Notes: generated by a model from the letters alone, not told the origin. 64,000 nt of DNA from an uncultured Bacteroidales bacterium (GCA_905235135.1 CAJOKR010000004.1:25027-89026), one strand, 5' to 3'; shown: positions 18,839-28,780, counted from the stretch's first letter. Numbers and translations: made by a program.

Positions 18839-19723
18839 ATGAAAAACAAGAATAAAGAGAAAGTGTTGCCTATTTTGACAGATGTTGATTGCGATATCCG
18901 ACGTAATGTTTGGAGAAATGGTGAGATAAAGATTATTGAAATGGAAGATGTCTCGAACGAGTATTTCCCCAAATATTTTAAGACTAGTGACTTCGCAATT
19001 TTGTTTATCACGGAAGGTACACTCCATAGTCAGTTCAACCTCATGGATGTTAATATGTCCGCCCCTTCAGCGATATATATTTTTAACAGTCACACGCTAC
19101 ACTACCTCGGAAACACACCAAATTTGAAAATTCGCATCCTTTCATATTCTCCTACGATTGCAGAGGAAATTTCATTGTCAATGCAGATGGATTTTTTGCG
19201 ATATGCTTACGTGCGCCCAGGAACAGCCCTCACCGATGAAGTTATGTAAATCACAATGCATTATCTTGACTTATTAGCGGATCTCATTCGCAGCGACAAT
19301 AAGAATATGCGTCCAGTGATTGTGCATTTCTTACGCTCACTCATCGTTTTCCTGTTGAACTCCTACGATGAAAGCGTTTCTTTTCAAAAACTGCTTACAC
19401 GGGAAGAAGACATTGCCGGGCGTTTTCTCTCCCTTGTGGACAATCATTGCACCGAGCATCACGACATTAACTGGTATGCTGATGAGTTACATCTTTCGCC
19501 CAAATATATCATGCATGTGGCGAAGAAAGTGACAGGAGTGTCAGCAGAAAATTGTATCAGCGAACACCTTGTACGTCAGGCCAAATCGTTACTGCTCACT
19601 TCCACATTCTCTATCCAGCAGATTTCCGACCGTCTCGGTTTCAAAAACCAGAGCCACTTCGGTACTTTCTTTCGCCGGGCGGTGGGGATGAGTCCGAAAG
19701 CGTTCCGAAATGGGAATTCGTAG
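18839..19723 (+). pseudogene. AraC-family transcriptional regulator interrupted by an in-frame TAA at 19247-19249
   Basis: ORFs 18839-19249 and 19256-19723 are in the same frame (...LTDEVM*ITMHYLDLL...). The C-terminal part has the AraC HTH (...ISDRLGFKNQSHFGTFFRRAVGMSPKAFR). Confidence 0.7.
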
Positions 19724-19803
19724 AAAAGTGTCAATAAGATAATCGCATAGAGCGTGCCTTCTAATTCTTGGCTAGACAGGTGATATGCAGAACTAAAATA
19801 CCG

Positions 19804-20799
19804 CTAATTCCCCGCAAGGTACCCCAAAAACTCCGTCATAATCTTCGGCATCGGGTACTTTTCAATGTCGTCAAAATCTATAATCAGCTGATTTTCTGCT
19901 AATTTCAGCAGCTTTTTCACGTTCTTGACGTAAAACGCCGCGTGGATGAGCTGGTGGCTCAAGATTTCGCGGGTGGAATAAACAGGCTTTCCGGTCGATT
20001 TCTCCGAATCAGTTTCCAAGAGCGGGAACTGGTACATGTTGCGCCAAATGTCCGAGCCTGTACGCTTCTCAATAATCGTCTGGTCGTCAGAAAGATAAAC
20101 GGTATAATGGAAATAGCGGTGCTTCAGTTCGGACTTCTTCTTCTTGACGGGCAGAATGTCCACCAGATTGTTTTTGTAAGCGTAACAGCTCAATTGGAAA
20201 GGACAATCGTCGCAATTCGGGTTGCGGGGCACGCACTGCATAGCCCCGAAGTCCATGGCCGCCTGGTTGAAACTGCCGGGCTGTTTGGGGTCAATCTCCT
20301 TCTCGCAGATTTCGGTAATACGCTTTACCACAGCCGGTTGCATTACATCGTCACAAACCCCGTAGATGCGGCTGACAATGCGGATCACATTACCGTCAAC
20401 GGCGGGATAGGGCAAGTGGAAAGCGATGGAACTGATGGCTGCAGCGGTGTATTTCCCAATCCCTTTGAGTTCCAAGATCTTATCGTATTCCTGCGGAAAA
20501 GTCCCATGGTGCTTCGACATGATCTCGCGGGCGGCGGCATGCATGTTTCGGGCGCGGGAATAGTAACCCAAGCCCTGCCAAACCTTCAGCACCCGCTCCT
20601 CTTCGGCCTCTGCCAACGCTTTGACATTCGGAAAGTTGTCAATAAAGCGGAGATAGTAATCCCAGCCCTGCTGCACGCGGGTTTGCTGCAGGATGATTTC
20701 GGAAACCCAGATTTTGTAAGGGTCAGGCTCGCCGCGCCACGGCAGGTCGCGTTTGTGGCCCTCGTACCACGAAATCAGCGTGTCGGCAAAGGCGGCCAT
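19804..20799 (-). CDS. mutY: A/G-specific adenine DNA glycosylase
   Basis: WYEGHKRDLPWRGEPDPYKIWVSEIILQQTRV..., an HhH-GPD region, a 4-Cys cluster (CVPRNPNCDDCPFQLSC) and a NUDIX-like C-terminus. Confidence 0.9.
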   Translation of the reverse strand: MAAFADTLISWYEGHKRDLPWRGEPDPYKIWVSEIILQQTRVQQGWDYYLRFIDNFPNVKALAEAEEERVLKVWQGLGYYSRARNMHAAAREIMSKHHGTFPQEYDKILELKGIGKYTAAAISSIAFHLPYPAVDGNVIRIVSRIYGVCDDVMQPAVVKRITEICEKEIDPKQPGSFNQAAMDFGAMQCVPRNPNCDDCPFQLSCYAYKNNLVDILPVKKKKSELKHRYFHYTVYLSDDQTIIEKRTGSDIWRNMYQFPLLETDSEKSTGKPVYSTREILSHQLIHAAFYVKNVKKLLKLAENQLIIDFDDIEKYPMPKIMTEFLGYLAGN

Positions 20800-21788
20800 T
20801 AGTTGCCCTGTATCAATTGGAAGAGCTGGTCCAAATTGGGGGTGAGGATGATCTCCGTGCGGCGATTCTTGGCCCGCGCCTCGGGCGTATTGTTCTCATC
20901 CAACGGGAGATATTCGCTGCGACCAGAGGCCGACAACCGCACAGGCTCGATGTCGCCGCTCCCTAACAGCGCCTTTACCACGGCGGTGGCGCGCATCACG
21001 CTCAAATCCCAGTTGTCTTTGATTTGACCGCTGCCACGATAGGGTACATTGTCGGTATGACCTTCGATGAGAACGGAGATTTCCTTCTCATTCTCAAGCA
21101 CTTTCGCCAACTGCTTGATAGCGTTGAGACCCTGCTCGTTGATATCCCAGCTGCCGGAAGCAAACAGCAGTTTGTCGTCCATAGAGACATACACCTTGCC
21201 ATCTTTTTCATAGACATTCAGCCCGCTGCCCTCGAAACCCTTCAGCGCGTTGGCCACCTTATCTTTCAAGGCCTTGACCTCAGCGTCCTTCTGCGCGAGA
21301 ATAGCCTGCATCTCCTTGATACGTTGCTCCTTAAGTGACAGTTCCACCAATGCCTTCGCCAACGAATCCTGCTGCAAAGCGAGCATCTTTTCCTTCTGGG
21401 TCAGCTCATCTTTATAGCGGTCACGGTCACCGAGCAGGTCGTTGATGGTGCTCTGATTGTTGTTCGACACGTCCGCAAAATTTTGGAGCAGCTCATCGTA
21501 ATCTTTCTTCGCCTTTTCATACTCCATGGCGCAGGTGCGGGCCTGACGGTAAAGCCGCAAAGTATCAGAGCGCAACTGTTCGGCCTCGGAAGTTAGCTCG
21601 CTCAGCTGCGCTTGCAAAGCCTTTTTCGCATCCTGACAGTTCTTGTTCTCGGAAGTCATAAACGTCAGCTCATCCTGCGTACGCTGGCATTTAAGCTGCA
21701 ATTCGTTATACTTCTGCTTGGTCACACAGCTGGAAAACAGTGCCGCTGCGAACACCAAAAATAGCGTTATTCTGAATGTTTTTCTCAT
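20799..21788 (-). CDS. OmpA/MotB-family protein with a long coiled-coil N-terminal region
   Basis: The C-terminus reads ...IEGHTDNVPY...NWDLSVMRATAVVKAL...GRSEYLP...NRRTEIILTP. The start at 21788 is preferred because the -7 box at 21816-21823 lies inside the longer ORF. Confidence 0.75.
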   Translation of the reverse strand: MRKTFRITLFLVFAAALFSSCVTKQKYNELQLKCQRTQDELTFMTSENKNCQDAKKALQAQLSELTSEAEQLRSDTLRLYRQARTCAMEYEKAKKDYDELLQNFADVSNNNQSTINDLLGDRDRYKDELTQKEKMLALQQDSLAKALVELSLKEQRIKEMQAILAQKDAEVKALKDKVANALKGFEGSGLNVYEKDGKVYVSMDDKLLFASGSWDINEQGLNAIKQLAKVLENEKEISVLIEGHTDNVPYRGSGQIKDNWDLSVMRATAVVKALLGSGDIEPVRLSASGRSEYLPLDENNTPEARAKNRRTEIILTPNLDQLFQLIQGN

Positions 21789-21815
21789 CTTTATGGATAA
21801 TAATTGCTCAATCGG

Positions 21816-21823
21816 CAAAAATA
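21816..21823 (-). promoter_or_regulatory. -7 box TATTTTTG
   Basis: The minus strand reads ccgTATTTTTGccg 28 nt upstream of ATG 21788. Confidence 0.45.
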
Positions 21824-21887
21824 CGGTATATTCCGAAGTGATTCCGACGAAAAAAATAAAGATATAAACAATGGATTTTGGATAAAA

Positions 21888-22490
21888 TCAGAGGGCCGTG
21901 ACCTCTGTCATGGGCACTTTGCGCAACGCCATGGTGATACGGTCGGCATCACGCTGACGCACGGAGATGGTGTAAATGCACTGCATGTAACTTTGCCGGT
22001 CAAGTACCTGAACTTCAGGATCTTTCAGGATCTGCATAATGTCGTTCATCTTCACATATTCGAAGGTCACGCGGTAGGTTTCCTGGACGGTGCGTTCCTC
22101 AATGACAGCGGCCTCTAACGCCTCCCGGGCTGCCACCTTGTAGGCATTCTGCAATCCGCTGACACCCAGCTTAATACCCCCAAAATATCGAACCACAATC
22201 ACCAGCGTGTTGGTCAGATCTTTCGACAGCAGCTGACCGTAAATGGGCCTGCCCGCCGTGCCGGAAGGTTCGCCATTATCGTTCAAGCGATAGGCATCCT
22301 TATTCGGTCCGAGGATGTAGGCATAGCAATGGTGGCGCGCATCCCAGTGTTTTTTCTGAATCTCTGCAAGACGTTGCTTCACTTCCTGCTCGTTCTGCAC
22401 GGGAAAAGCGTAGGCCAGGAATTTGCTGCGCTTTTCGCTGTAGCTGCCCTCAGCCGGTTTCGCGATGGTTTTATACGTGTCGTCGAACAT
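21888..22490 (-). CDS. YigZ/IMPACT-family protein
   Basis: ...EKRSKFLAYAFPV...HWDARHHCYAYILG...NDNGEPSGTAGRPI... is the typical UPF0029 core. Confidence 0.8.
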   Translation of the reverse strand: MFDDTYKTIAKPAEGSYSEKRSKFLAYAFPVQNEQEVKQRLAEIQKKHWDARHHCYAYILGPNKDAYRLNDNGEPSGTAGRPIYGQLLSKDLTNTLVIVVRYFGGIKLGVSGLQNAYKVAAREALEAAVIEERTVQETYRVTFEYVKMNDIMQILKDPEVQVLDRQSYMQCIYTISVRQRDADRITMALRKVPMTEVTAL

Positions 22491-23433
22491 ACATCAACTG
22501 ATTGTCGTCAATATTCACTGTTTTATCCGGAATTCCGAGCAGTTTCGGAGCAGGAAGACCTCCACCCCACTGCTGGTTCCCCACCAAAATCCGCGCCTCG
22601 TCCCATAAGCCTGCCATCAAGAATTTCTCCAACGTATTCTTTCCTCCTTCGATGATAACAGACTGTATATTACGCTCATACAATTCTCTGACAGCCTCTT
22701 CTGCATTGTCATGAACTGCGGTACAGGATAACGGCGCATCTACCTCATCACCTCGCTGCATCACAAAACGTTGCGGATTTTTGCCGGGATATTCGCGGGT
22801 GGTGAGCTGCGGTCGGTCATTCTGCATTGTTCGCCAACCTACCAAGATGGCATCCTCCTCGCCCCGCCACTTGTGAGCCAACACCTTGAGAGCATAATTC
22901 GTTATCCAATAGGAATTTACATTTCCGTTACGGCGGTCAATGTCCATATAGCCATCGCGGGTTTGCGCCCATTTGAGGATAATATACGGACGATGTTTTC
23001 GGTGAAATGTGAAGAACCGCCTATTCAGTTCCTCGCATTCTTCACGGCAGATATTTTCCACCACCTCCACACCAGCCTCGCGCAGTTTCCGCACGCCAGC
23101 ACCATTCACTTTGTCGTGATAGTCGATAGAACCGATGACCACTTTGGGGATGCCGTAACGGATAATGGCATCAGCGCAGGGCGGGGTTTTTCCGAAATGC
23201 GAACAGGGTTCCAAATTCACATACAGTGTGCTGCTCTTCAGCAACTCCTTATCATTCACAGAGTTGATGGCATTTACCTCGGCATGAGCCTCGCCGCAGC
23301 GATGGTGGTAGCCTTCGCCGATAATCCGACCATCGCGCACAATGACAGCCCCCACCATCGGGTTGGGACTCGTGCTGCCCAGACCGAGTTCAGCCAGCTG
23401 CAGACACCGCCGCATATAGGTTTCATCGCCCAT
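22471..23433 (-). CDS. ribD: bifunctional riboflavin biosynthesis protein RibD (deaminase/reductase)
   Basis: MRRCLQLAELGLGSTSPNPMVGAVIV...GEAHAEVNA...LEPCSHFGKTPPCA is followed by the reductase domain. The start is uncertain (23433 or 23415). Confidence 0.85.
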   Translation of the reverse strand: MGDETYMRRCLQLAELGLGSTSPNPMVGAVIVRDGRIIGEGYHHRCGEAHAEVNAINSVNDKELLKSSTLYVNLEPCSHFGKTPPCADAIIRYGIPKVVIGSIDYHDKVNGAGVRKLREAGVEVVENICREECEELNRRFFTFHRKHRPYIILKWAQTRDGYMDIDRRNGNVNSYWITNYALKVLAHKWRGEEDAILVGWRTMQNDRPQLTTREYPGKNPQRFVMQRGDEVDAPLSCTAVHDNAEEAVRELYERNIQSVIIEGGKNTLEKFLMAGLWDEARILVGNQQWGGGLPAPKLLGIPDKTVNIDDNQLMYVRRHV

Positions 23434-23435
23434 GC

Positions 23436-24512
23436 CTACTGCTGTTTCAGGAAATAGGACAACGGCTGGTTCTGACGATCGAAGTGGTAATATTGGCACT
23501 GAACCAAATTGTTGGTGTTGCCATTATGCACCGCGTAGAAATTGTCGCGGTTATAGGGCTCATCCACAGCCCGCTCAGCGCCACCTATAATCGCATCCAG
23601 ATAATAGGGGTCAATCTCCAACTTGCGGTACATATCCAAGGTCGTCGTCTCGCCATTTACATCCGTCAACGTGATGGTTTTGAAGTGATTATACTTCAAA
23701 ATCGAATCCTTCGCATCCTTCGACATGCTCGATATGTACAACTCGTAATTCTTATCGCGATACTCCGACAGCATGTCCAGCAACTTGGCGGTATCATAAT
23801 CCGCAATTAGCTCATTATGAACATTATACAGATTAAAGAAACGGGTTCCCGACTTTTCCACATAGTAGGAATTCTCGGGATTCTCGAAATCCTCGACCTT
23901 CAGCGACTGGATGCGGGTAATCTTCGTGGAGAAGAGGTCGCAATTGTACCAATCAACGGGTTTGAAGGCGTAGAACGGGGTCAGAAAGCCACGGAAACCG
24001 GGGATATGGACGATACAAGGTTCGTCAAAGCCTTCAAGAATGGCGAAATTGGCGATATTATCCATCGTCGAGGGTCCCATGTAGTAAGTCTTCACATTCC
24101 GCTCCTTGGTGAAGAAAGGAATGCCGAAAATCTTGAATTTGGGAGCTTTCTGGTAGATTTCCACCTTCACGGCGTTCACAGACATCATCTTGTTGATGTT
24201 AGACTGGGCGGTCTTGGCCACGGTCTGCCGCAACTCGACATTGTGGATGGTGGACAGCAGATCGTTAACCTTCGCGGGCATCGCCTTTATGGAATCCTGC
24301 ACATACCAGCCGTCATCGTGGCGCACCAACAGCGTATATTCGCCATTCATGTCGGCGATGAAAATCTTGGTGATATTGTTCGTGTCCTTGACGGCGAAAA
24401 TGTCGGCATTGGGCTGTTTGTTGCCAATGGCGCCGGTTTTGGTCAGAACCAGAAGCAGGCAGCCGATGAACAAAACGGCGGCCAGGATGATGTAAATCGT
24501 TTTCTTTTTCAT
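23436..24512 (-). CDS. membrane-anchored hypothetical protein (DUF4340-like)
   Basis: N-terminal anchor MKKKTIYIILAAVLFIGCLLLVL. The family guess is from memory only. Confidence 0.4.
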   Translation of the reverse strand: MKKKTIYIILAAVLFIGCLLLVLTKTGAIGNKQPNADIFAVKDTNNITKIFIADMNGEYTLLVRHDDGWYVQDSIKAMPAKVNDLLSTIHNVELRQTVAKTAQSNINKMMSVNAVKVEIYQKAPKFKIFGIPFFTKERNVKTYYMGPSTMDNIANFAILEGFDEPCIVHIPGFRGFLTPFYAFKPVDWYNCDLFSTKITRIQSLKVEDFENPENSYYVEKSGTRFFNLYNVHNELIADYDTAKLLDMLSEYRDKNYELYISSMSKDAKDSILKYNHFKTITLTDVNGETTTLDMYRKLEIDPYYLDAIIGGAERAVDEPYNRDNFYAVHNGNTNNLVQCQYYHFDRQNQPLSYFLKQQ

Positions 24513-24545
24513 TCGATTATTCTGATAAAAAGTGAACGTTTGGTT

Positions 24546-25784
24546 TTATTGCCAACGCTGTTCGGATTTGTCGATTTCCCGTTGCAATTTGTCGGGCAAA
24601 CCCTCCGCCATGCACTGGTGGCACTTCATATCCAAGGTGTACATACGACCGATGCAATAGTTAGAATGCTTACAACCGCTACGGGTGACCTCGCCACTGT
24701 GCAGTTTATTCACAAAATCGGTGTCGTGCACCAGGGCGCGGGCCATCTGGAAGGCCACAAAGCCGGAATTGAGCACCTTTTCCATATTGTCCTTATCGAC
24801 CATGCCGCCCACGTAAATCAGCGGCATCTTGACCGCCTGGCGGAACTTTATGGCCGTATCATAGAAGTAGGCATCCTTATAAGGCACGGTGGGGATGACG
24901 ATATGGCCGCCGAGATGCAGACCGATTTTCAGCCACCAGAACTTCTTCGTGTCCATATAGTAAGCCATCGTCTTCACCGGCATGGAACCGCGCATCACAT
25001 CCATCGGGGCCTTACTCACAAAACCGGCCGTGAGCACCAATGCGTGCACCCCAAGACGTTCCAGCTCTTGAGCCACTTTGATGCATTCGTCTTCCTGCAT
25101 ACCGCTTCGGAAACCATCGTACATGTTGGTTTTCACCACGATAGCCATATCATCCTTAGCCTCTTCCATCACGCGAGTGATGACGCGGCGCATGAAACGC
25201 ATACGGTTTTCGAGGGAGCCACCGTATTCGTCCTTGCGGCGGTTAGTGTAGGGCGACAGGAACTGGCTGATGAGGTAACCGTGACCGGCATGGACCTCAA
25301 TGCAGTCGAAACCGGCGCGGCGACAAAGGTCCACCGCCTTACCGAAATCCTCCACAATCTGGTCGATGTCCTGAATGGTCATCTTGCGGGTGAAGGTCGG
25401 GGAATAGAGGTTGAAGCGGCCTGACGGGGAAAGCGGTTTCTCGCCGCAGGTGGACTTGTGCGTCATATTGCCGCAGTGCCCAATCTGGATGGAGGCTTTC
25501 GCACCTTCCGCGTGGATGGCATCCGTCAGCTTTTTCAGCTCGGGAACAATCTCCTCGCGCAGCCAAAGCTGTCCCTCGAAAGAGAGACCGCTGCGGCTCA
25601 CGGAAGCGTAGGCCACGGTCGTCATGCCGATGCCGCCACGGGCCACGGCCGTGTGGTAATTGAACAGCGCCTCCGACGGACGGTTTTTGACCGCCATATT
25701 CTCAAATGCTGCGGAACGTATCGTTCTGTTTCTCAATGTGACTGGCCCTATCTGACAGGGCGTGAAAATGGGGGATTCAATCAT
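24546..25784 (-). CDS. NADH:flavin oxidoreductase (Old Yellow Enzyme family)
   Basis: ...CQIGPVTLRNRTIRSAAFE...GGIGMTTVAY...GFDCIEVHAGHGYLISQFLSPYTNRR.DEYGGSLENR. Confidence 0.75.
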   Translation of the reverse strand: MIESPIFTPCQIGPVTLRNRTIRSAAFENMAVKNRPSEALFNYHTAVARGGIGMTTVAYASVSRSGLSFEGQLWLREEIVPELKKLTDAIHAEGAKASIQIGHCGNMTHKSTCGEKPLSPSGRFNLYSPTFTRKMTIQDIDQIVEDFGKAVDLCRRAGFDCIEVHAGHGYLISQFLSPYTNRRKDEYGGSLENRMRFMRRVITRVMEEAKDDMAIVVKTNMYDGFRSGMQEDECIKVAQELERLGVHALVLTAGFVSKAPMDVMRGSMPVKTMAYYMDTKKFWWLKIGLHLGGHIVIPTVPYKDAYFYDTAIKFRQAVKMPLIYVGGMVDKDNMEKVLNSGFVAFQMARALVHDTDFVNKLHSGEVTRSGCKHSNYCIGRMYTLDMKCHQCMAEGLPDKLQREIDKSEQRWQ

Positions 25785-25813
25785 TTTGGGGGTTATTGTT
25801 ATGGGTTATTTAT

Positions 25814-25864
25814 CAGTGAACTGTGATCTGTGATCTGTGATCTGTGACCAGTGATTAGTGAATA
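25814..25864. repeat. 7-bp-period degenerate array (CTGTGAT units, about 7 units)
   Basis: cagtgaa ctgtgat ctgtgat ctgtgat ctgtgac cagtgat tagtgaa tag lies in the leader of the 24546-25784 gene. Confidence 0.75.
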
Positions 25865-25905
25865 GTTGTTAAAGTTCGTATTTCGGCTTCATTACCAATT
25901 ATCCA

Positions 25906-26448
25906 TTAAAACCGGTAGCGGATGCCAGCTGCGACGTTGAGCAGCTTGGAAGCGAGGCTTTCGTGGAAGCTGAACAGATTGACTGTGGGGCGCCAGTCTA
26001 AACTGAGATTCAGCGGGATGGGAAGTTCGTATTCCAAACCGACCTGCAAGCCGATGGGCATTCCTAAACGCCGGACATCCACGTTTTCGCTGCTATACGG
26101 GGAAAAGATGTCGCCGTAGCCCCAGCTGACCCCAATACCGGCGCCAACATATACGTTGAAGTTGGTGACAGGGTTCATAATGTAGTCGTACAGGATCATC
26201 GCCTGCGCCCGACCATAGCGATAAGTGCGCTCGTAACTGTCTCCCGGGGCCTCGATGATGAGCACTTTTTGGGAGAGGAAGGGCGAGATTCCGGCATCCA
26301 CCTCTATCATTCCGGTCCCTGATCCCACACTATGCTGGTAGGAGAGTTCGAAGTTATAGCCGGCACGGAGACCGAGGGCCCGCGGCTGCGCCATGACTGC
26401 CACTTCGGTCAAGGCGAGGATTGCGATTATAGTGAGTGTTCTTTTCAT
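25906..26448 (-). CDS. small outer-membrane beta-barrel protein
   Basis: Signal peptide MKRTLTIIAILALTEVAVMAQ, alternating aromatic strands, and a C-terminal ...AAGIRYRF. Confidence 0.6.
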   Translation of the reverse strand: MKRTLTIIAILALTEVAVMAQPRALGLRAGYNFELSYQHSVGSGTGMIEVDAGISPFLSQKVLIIEAPGDSYERTYRYGRAQAMILYDYIMNPVTNFNVYVGAGIGVSWGYGDIFSPYSSENVDVRRLGMPIGLQVGLEYELPIPLNLSLDWRPTVNLFSFHESLASKLLNVAAGIRYRF

Positions 26449-26449
26449 A

Positions 26450-27244
26450 TTACTTTGGTCTTTCTTCGTTAAAAAAAATGCGCAGCGCGTTCTCCGTCGT
26501 CCGTTCCATCACCTCTTTTACGGGAACTTCCATAATTTCGGCGATCTTTTGGGCGATGAGGGGGATGTAACTGCTCTCGTTGGGGGTGCCGCGATGCGGG
26601 GTCGGGGCGAGGTAGGGGGCGTCAGTCTCCAAGACGATGCGGTCGAGGCCGATTTTCGGGATCAGCTCTTGCAGTTTGCTGTTCTTGAAGGTCACAATGC
26701 CACCGATACCAATCACGAAACCGTGTCTCGCAGCCCATTCCGCCTCTTGGATGCCACCCGAAAAACAGTGCAGGACACCGCGCAACGAACCCACTGGATA
26801 ACTGTCTAAAATCGGGATAGCCTCGCTGTAGCCATTGCGGATATGCAGCGACAGGGGAAGTTTGCGGTCGCGGGCCCAGTCTAACTGCCGTCTGAAAACG
26901 ATTTGCTGCTCCTTTTCGAAGTCGCGGTCGTGGTAAAAGTCCAGCCCGATCTCACCGATGCCCACGATATTGCGGTCGCCGATATGCTTTTCTAACTCCG
27001 CAAGCTGGGTCTCGTAATCCTCTTTCACATCGGAAGGATGCAGCCCGATGAGTCCGAAAATGTTCTCAGGAAACATCTCCACCGCCTCCGCAATCATCGG
27101 CGGGGTGTTCTCATCCACACATGCGAGCAGCACCCGCTCCACACGGGCATCCACCGCCCGCTGAATCACCCCCTGAAGGTCTTCGGGGTAGTACTCGCGG
27201 TAGAGGTGGGCGTGGGTGTCTATATAGTAGGTTGGTTTGTTCAT
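26450..27244 (-). CDS. TatD-family hydrolase
   Basis: YIDTHAHLY...GEIGLDFYH...LHCFSG...ETDAPYLAP are typical TatD metal-binding blocks. Confidence 0.85.
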   Translation of the reverse strand: MNKPTYYIDTHAHLYREYYPEDLQGVIQRAVDARVERVLLACVDENTPPMIAEAVEMFPENIFGLIGLHPSDVKEDYETQLAELEKHIGDRNIVGIGEIGLDFYHDRDFEKEQQIVFRRQLDWARDRKLPLSLHIRNGYSEAIPILDSYPVGSLRGVLHCFSGGIQEAEWAARHGFVIGIGGIVTFKNSKLQELIPKIGLDRIVLETDAPYLAPTPHRGTPNESSYIPLIAQKIAEIMEVPVKEVMERTTENALRIFFNEERPK

Positions 27245-27274
27245 TTTAGATTATACGGTTACACGGTTAAAGGG

Positions 27275-28690
27275 TTATTGCAGAGACGCGAAATTTTGCG
27301 TCTCCACGTTCTTCGTTTCCTCGTTGCTTGTTATGGAAAACACCTGACGCTGCGTAAACAGCAGCACTGCGGCGAGAATCGCGCCTAAAACGTCGGAAAT
27401 GGTGAGTGAGAGCCAGATGCCGTGAAGGCCATCCCAGCCGGCATCCACAAAGAGCAACGGGATGATGAGGCTCATGGGGACCAAAAAGAGGACCTGCCGC
27501 GAGAGGCTGGTGACAATGGCCACCCAAGGTTTGTCGATAGATTGGAAGAAGTTGGAGTTCACGATGGTGAAACCGATGAGCGGGAACATCACCATGCTAT
27601 AGCGCAATGCTGTTTTGCCGATTTCGATAAGCTGCTGGTCAGTGGTGAAAAGCCGCATCATCGTACGTGGGAAAATGCAGGAAACCACACTGCCGAACAG
27701 CCCGATGGCCACACAAACCCACATCGTAAGGCCATAGACGTGCTTCAGCCGGTCGCCGTGACCTGCACCGTAGTTGTAACCCGCAATCGGCTGCATACCC
27801 TGACAAACACCGATAATCATGAGTACCAAGAAGTTACCGTAGGTATTGCAGATTCCGTAGGCACCCACCGCAAGGTCGCCGCCATAGCGCAGCAGCTGCC
27901 GGTTGAGGATGGCCACCACACCCGCCGCAGCGAGGTTCATCAAGAACGGACTCATACCGATGAGCGTGATATTACGGAAGATATAGCCGCGAAGCTTCCA
28001 GCAGTGCGAACGGAAGCGAATGAACGAATCGGGTTGCACAAAATGGAGTACCGAAACCAGCGCCATGCAGAAGATGGAGATGGTGGAAGCGATAGCCGCG
28101 CCCTTGATGCCGAGACCTAATGCAAAAATGAAAATCGGGTCGAGGATGATGTTCAGAACTGCACCCCCCGCCATAATCAGCATAGACTTGGTGGGATAAC
28201 CCGAAGCACGAATCAGACCCGTAAGGTTGAAGGTGACGGTAATCAGGAACATGCCCGGCAGGATATAGACCATATACTCGCGGGCGTAGGCCACCGTCTC
28301 TGCCGTCGCACCAAACATCATCAAGATGCGGTCCATGAAGAGGTAGCAGAAAAAGACCACCAATCCGCTCAGGATAAAGGTGAATATCAAGCTGTTACCG
28401 AGGATATTCTCCGCCCATTCCTTATCTTTGCGACCTAACACGATGGACATCCGGGCGGAAGAACCCACCCCGATGAGGGATCCGAAAGCGTGGATGATGT
28501 TCATCAGCGGGAAAGTGATGGCGAGGCCTGCAATGGCCAGCGCACCCACCCCGCGGCCGATGAAAATGCGGTCCACGATGTTATAGATGGAGGCGATAAT
28601 CTGGCTGATCACCGCCGGCAGCGCATACTTCCACAGCAGGCTGCCAATGTCGCGGGTCTCCAGTTCCTTTGTTCTGTCAAGCGTTTCCAA
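27275..28690 (-). CDS. MATE-family efflux transporter
   Basis: The 471-aa product has about 12 TM helices and the N-terminus ...LLWKYALPAVISQIIASIYNIVDRIFIGRGVG. The last 10 codons run through the GAGACGC hairpin. Confidence 0.85.
   Translation of the reverse strand: METLDRTKELETRDIGSLLWKYALPAVISQIIASIYNIVDRIFIGRGVGALAIAGLAITFPLMNIIHAFGSLIGVGSSARMSIVLGRKDKEWAENILGNSLIFTFILSGLVVFFCYLFMDRILMMFGATAETVAYAREYMVYILPGMFLITVTFNLTGLIRASGYPTKSMLIMAGGAVLNIILDPIFIFALGLGIKGAAIASTISIFCMALVSVLHFVQPDSFIRFRSHCWKLRGYIFRNITLIGMSPFLMNLAAAGVVAILNRQLLRYGGDLAVGAYGICNTYGNFLVLMIIGVCQGMQPIAGYNYGAGHGDRLKHVYGLTMWVCVAIGLFGSVVSCIFPRTMMRLFTTDQQLIEIGKTALRYSMVMFPLIGFTIVNSNFFQSIDKPWVAIVTSLSRQVLFLVPMSLIIPLLFVDAGWDGLHGIWLSLTISDVLGAILAAVLLFTQRQVFSITSNEETKNVETQNFASLQ
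27283..27304 (-). terminator. GAGACGC-family hairpin overlapping the MATE 3' end
   Basis: GAGACGCGAAA/TTTTGCGTCTC has an 11-bp stem with one G.U pair. Confidence 0.45.
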
Positions 28691-28751
28691 TCTCGTAAAA
28701 AATTATATTTCAGTATTCCAAAAAACAAACCGCGAAAATACACTTTTTTCG

Positions 28752-28759
28752 TATTTTTG
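28752..28759 (+). promoter_or_regulatory. -7 box TATTTTTG
   Basis: tcgTATTTTTGcgg lies 22 nt upstream of ATG 28781. Confidence 0.45.
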
Positions 28760-28780
28760 CGGCTTATAAAATTAAGCATT

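Noticed and set aside
23817-25424. Long ORFs lie antisense to well-supported genes. Examples are 23817-25424 (535 aa), 7646-8437, 12585-13313, 14922-15635, 15672-16286, 19942-20802, 22771-23457, 27422-28120, 52847-53767, 53977-55149, 56202-57017, 58167-60134 and 60951-62765.
   Set aside because: Each lies fully inside a gene on the other strand that has clear family motifs. Their translations are low-complexity (rich in V, H, R, G and D), lack signal peptides and motifs, and are the usual shadow ORFs of GC-rich coding sequence.
28490-28780. Upstream extensions of tracked ORFs: 28490 (nitroreductase), 30638 (WG-repeat), 32259 (ATPase), 1582, 52874, 57065, 18717, 21818, 16433, 6688 and 7754.
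   Set aside because: In each case the extension overlaps a neighbouring gene, a repeat element or a -7 promoter box. An internal Met gives a canonical N-terminus, either a signal peptide or a family start.
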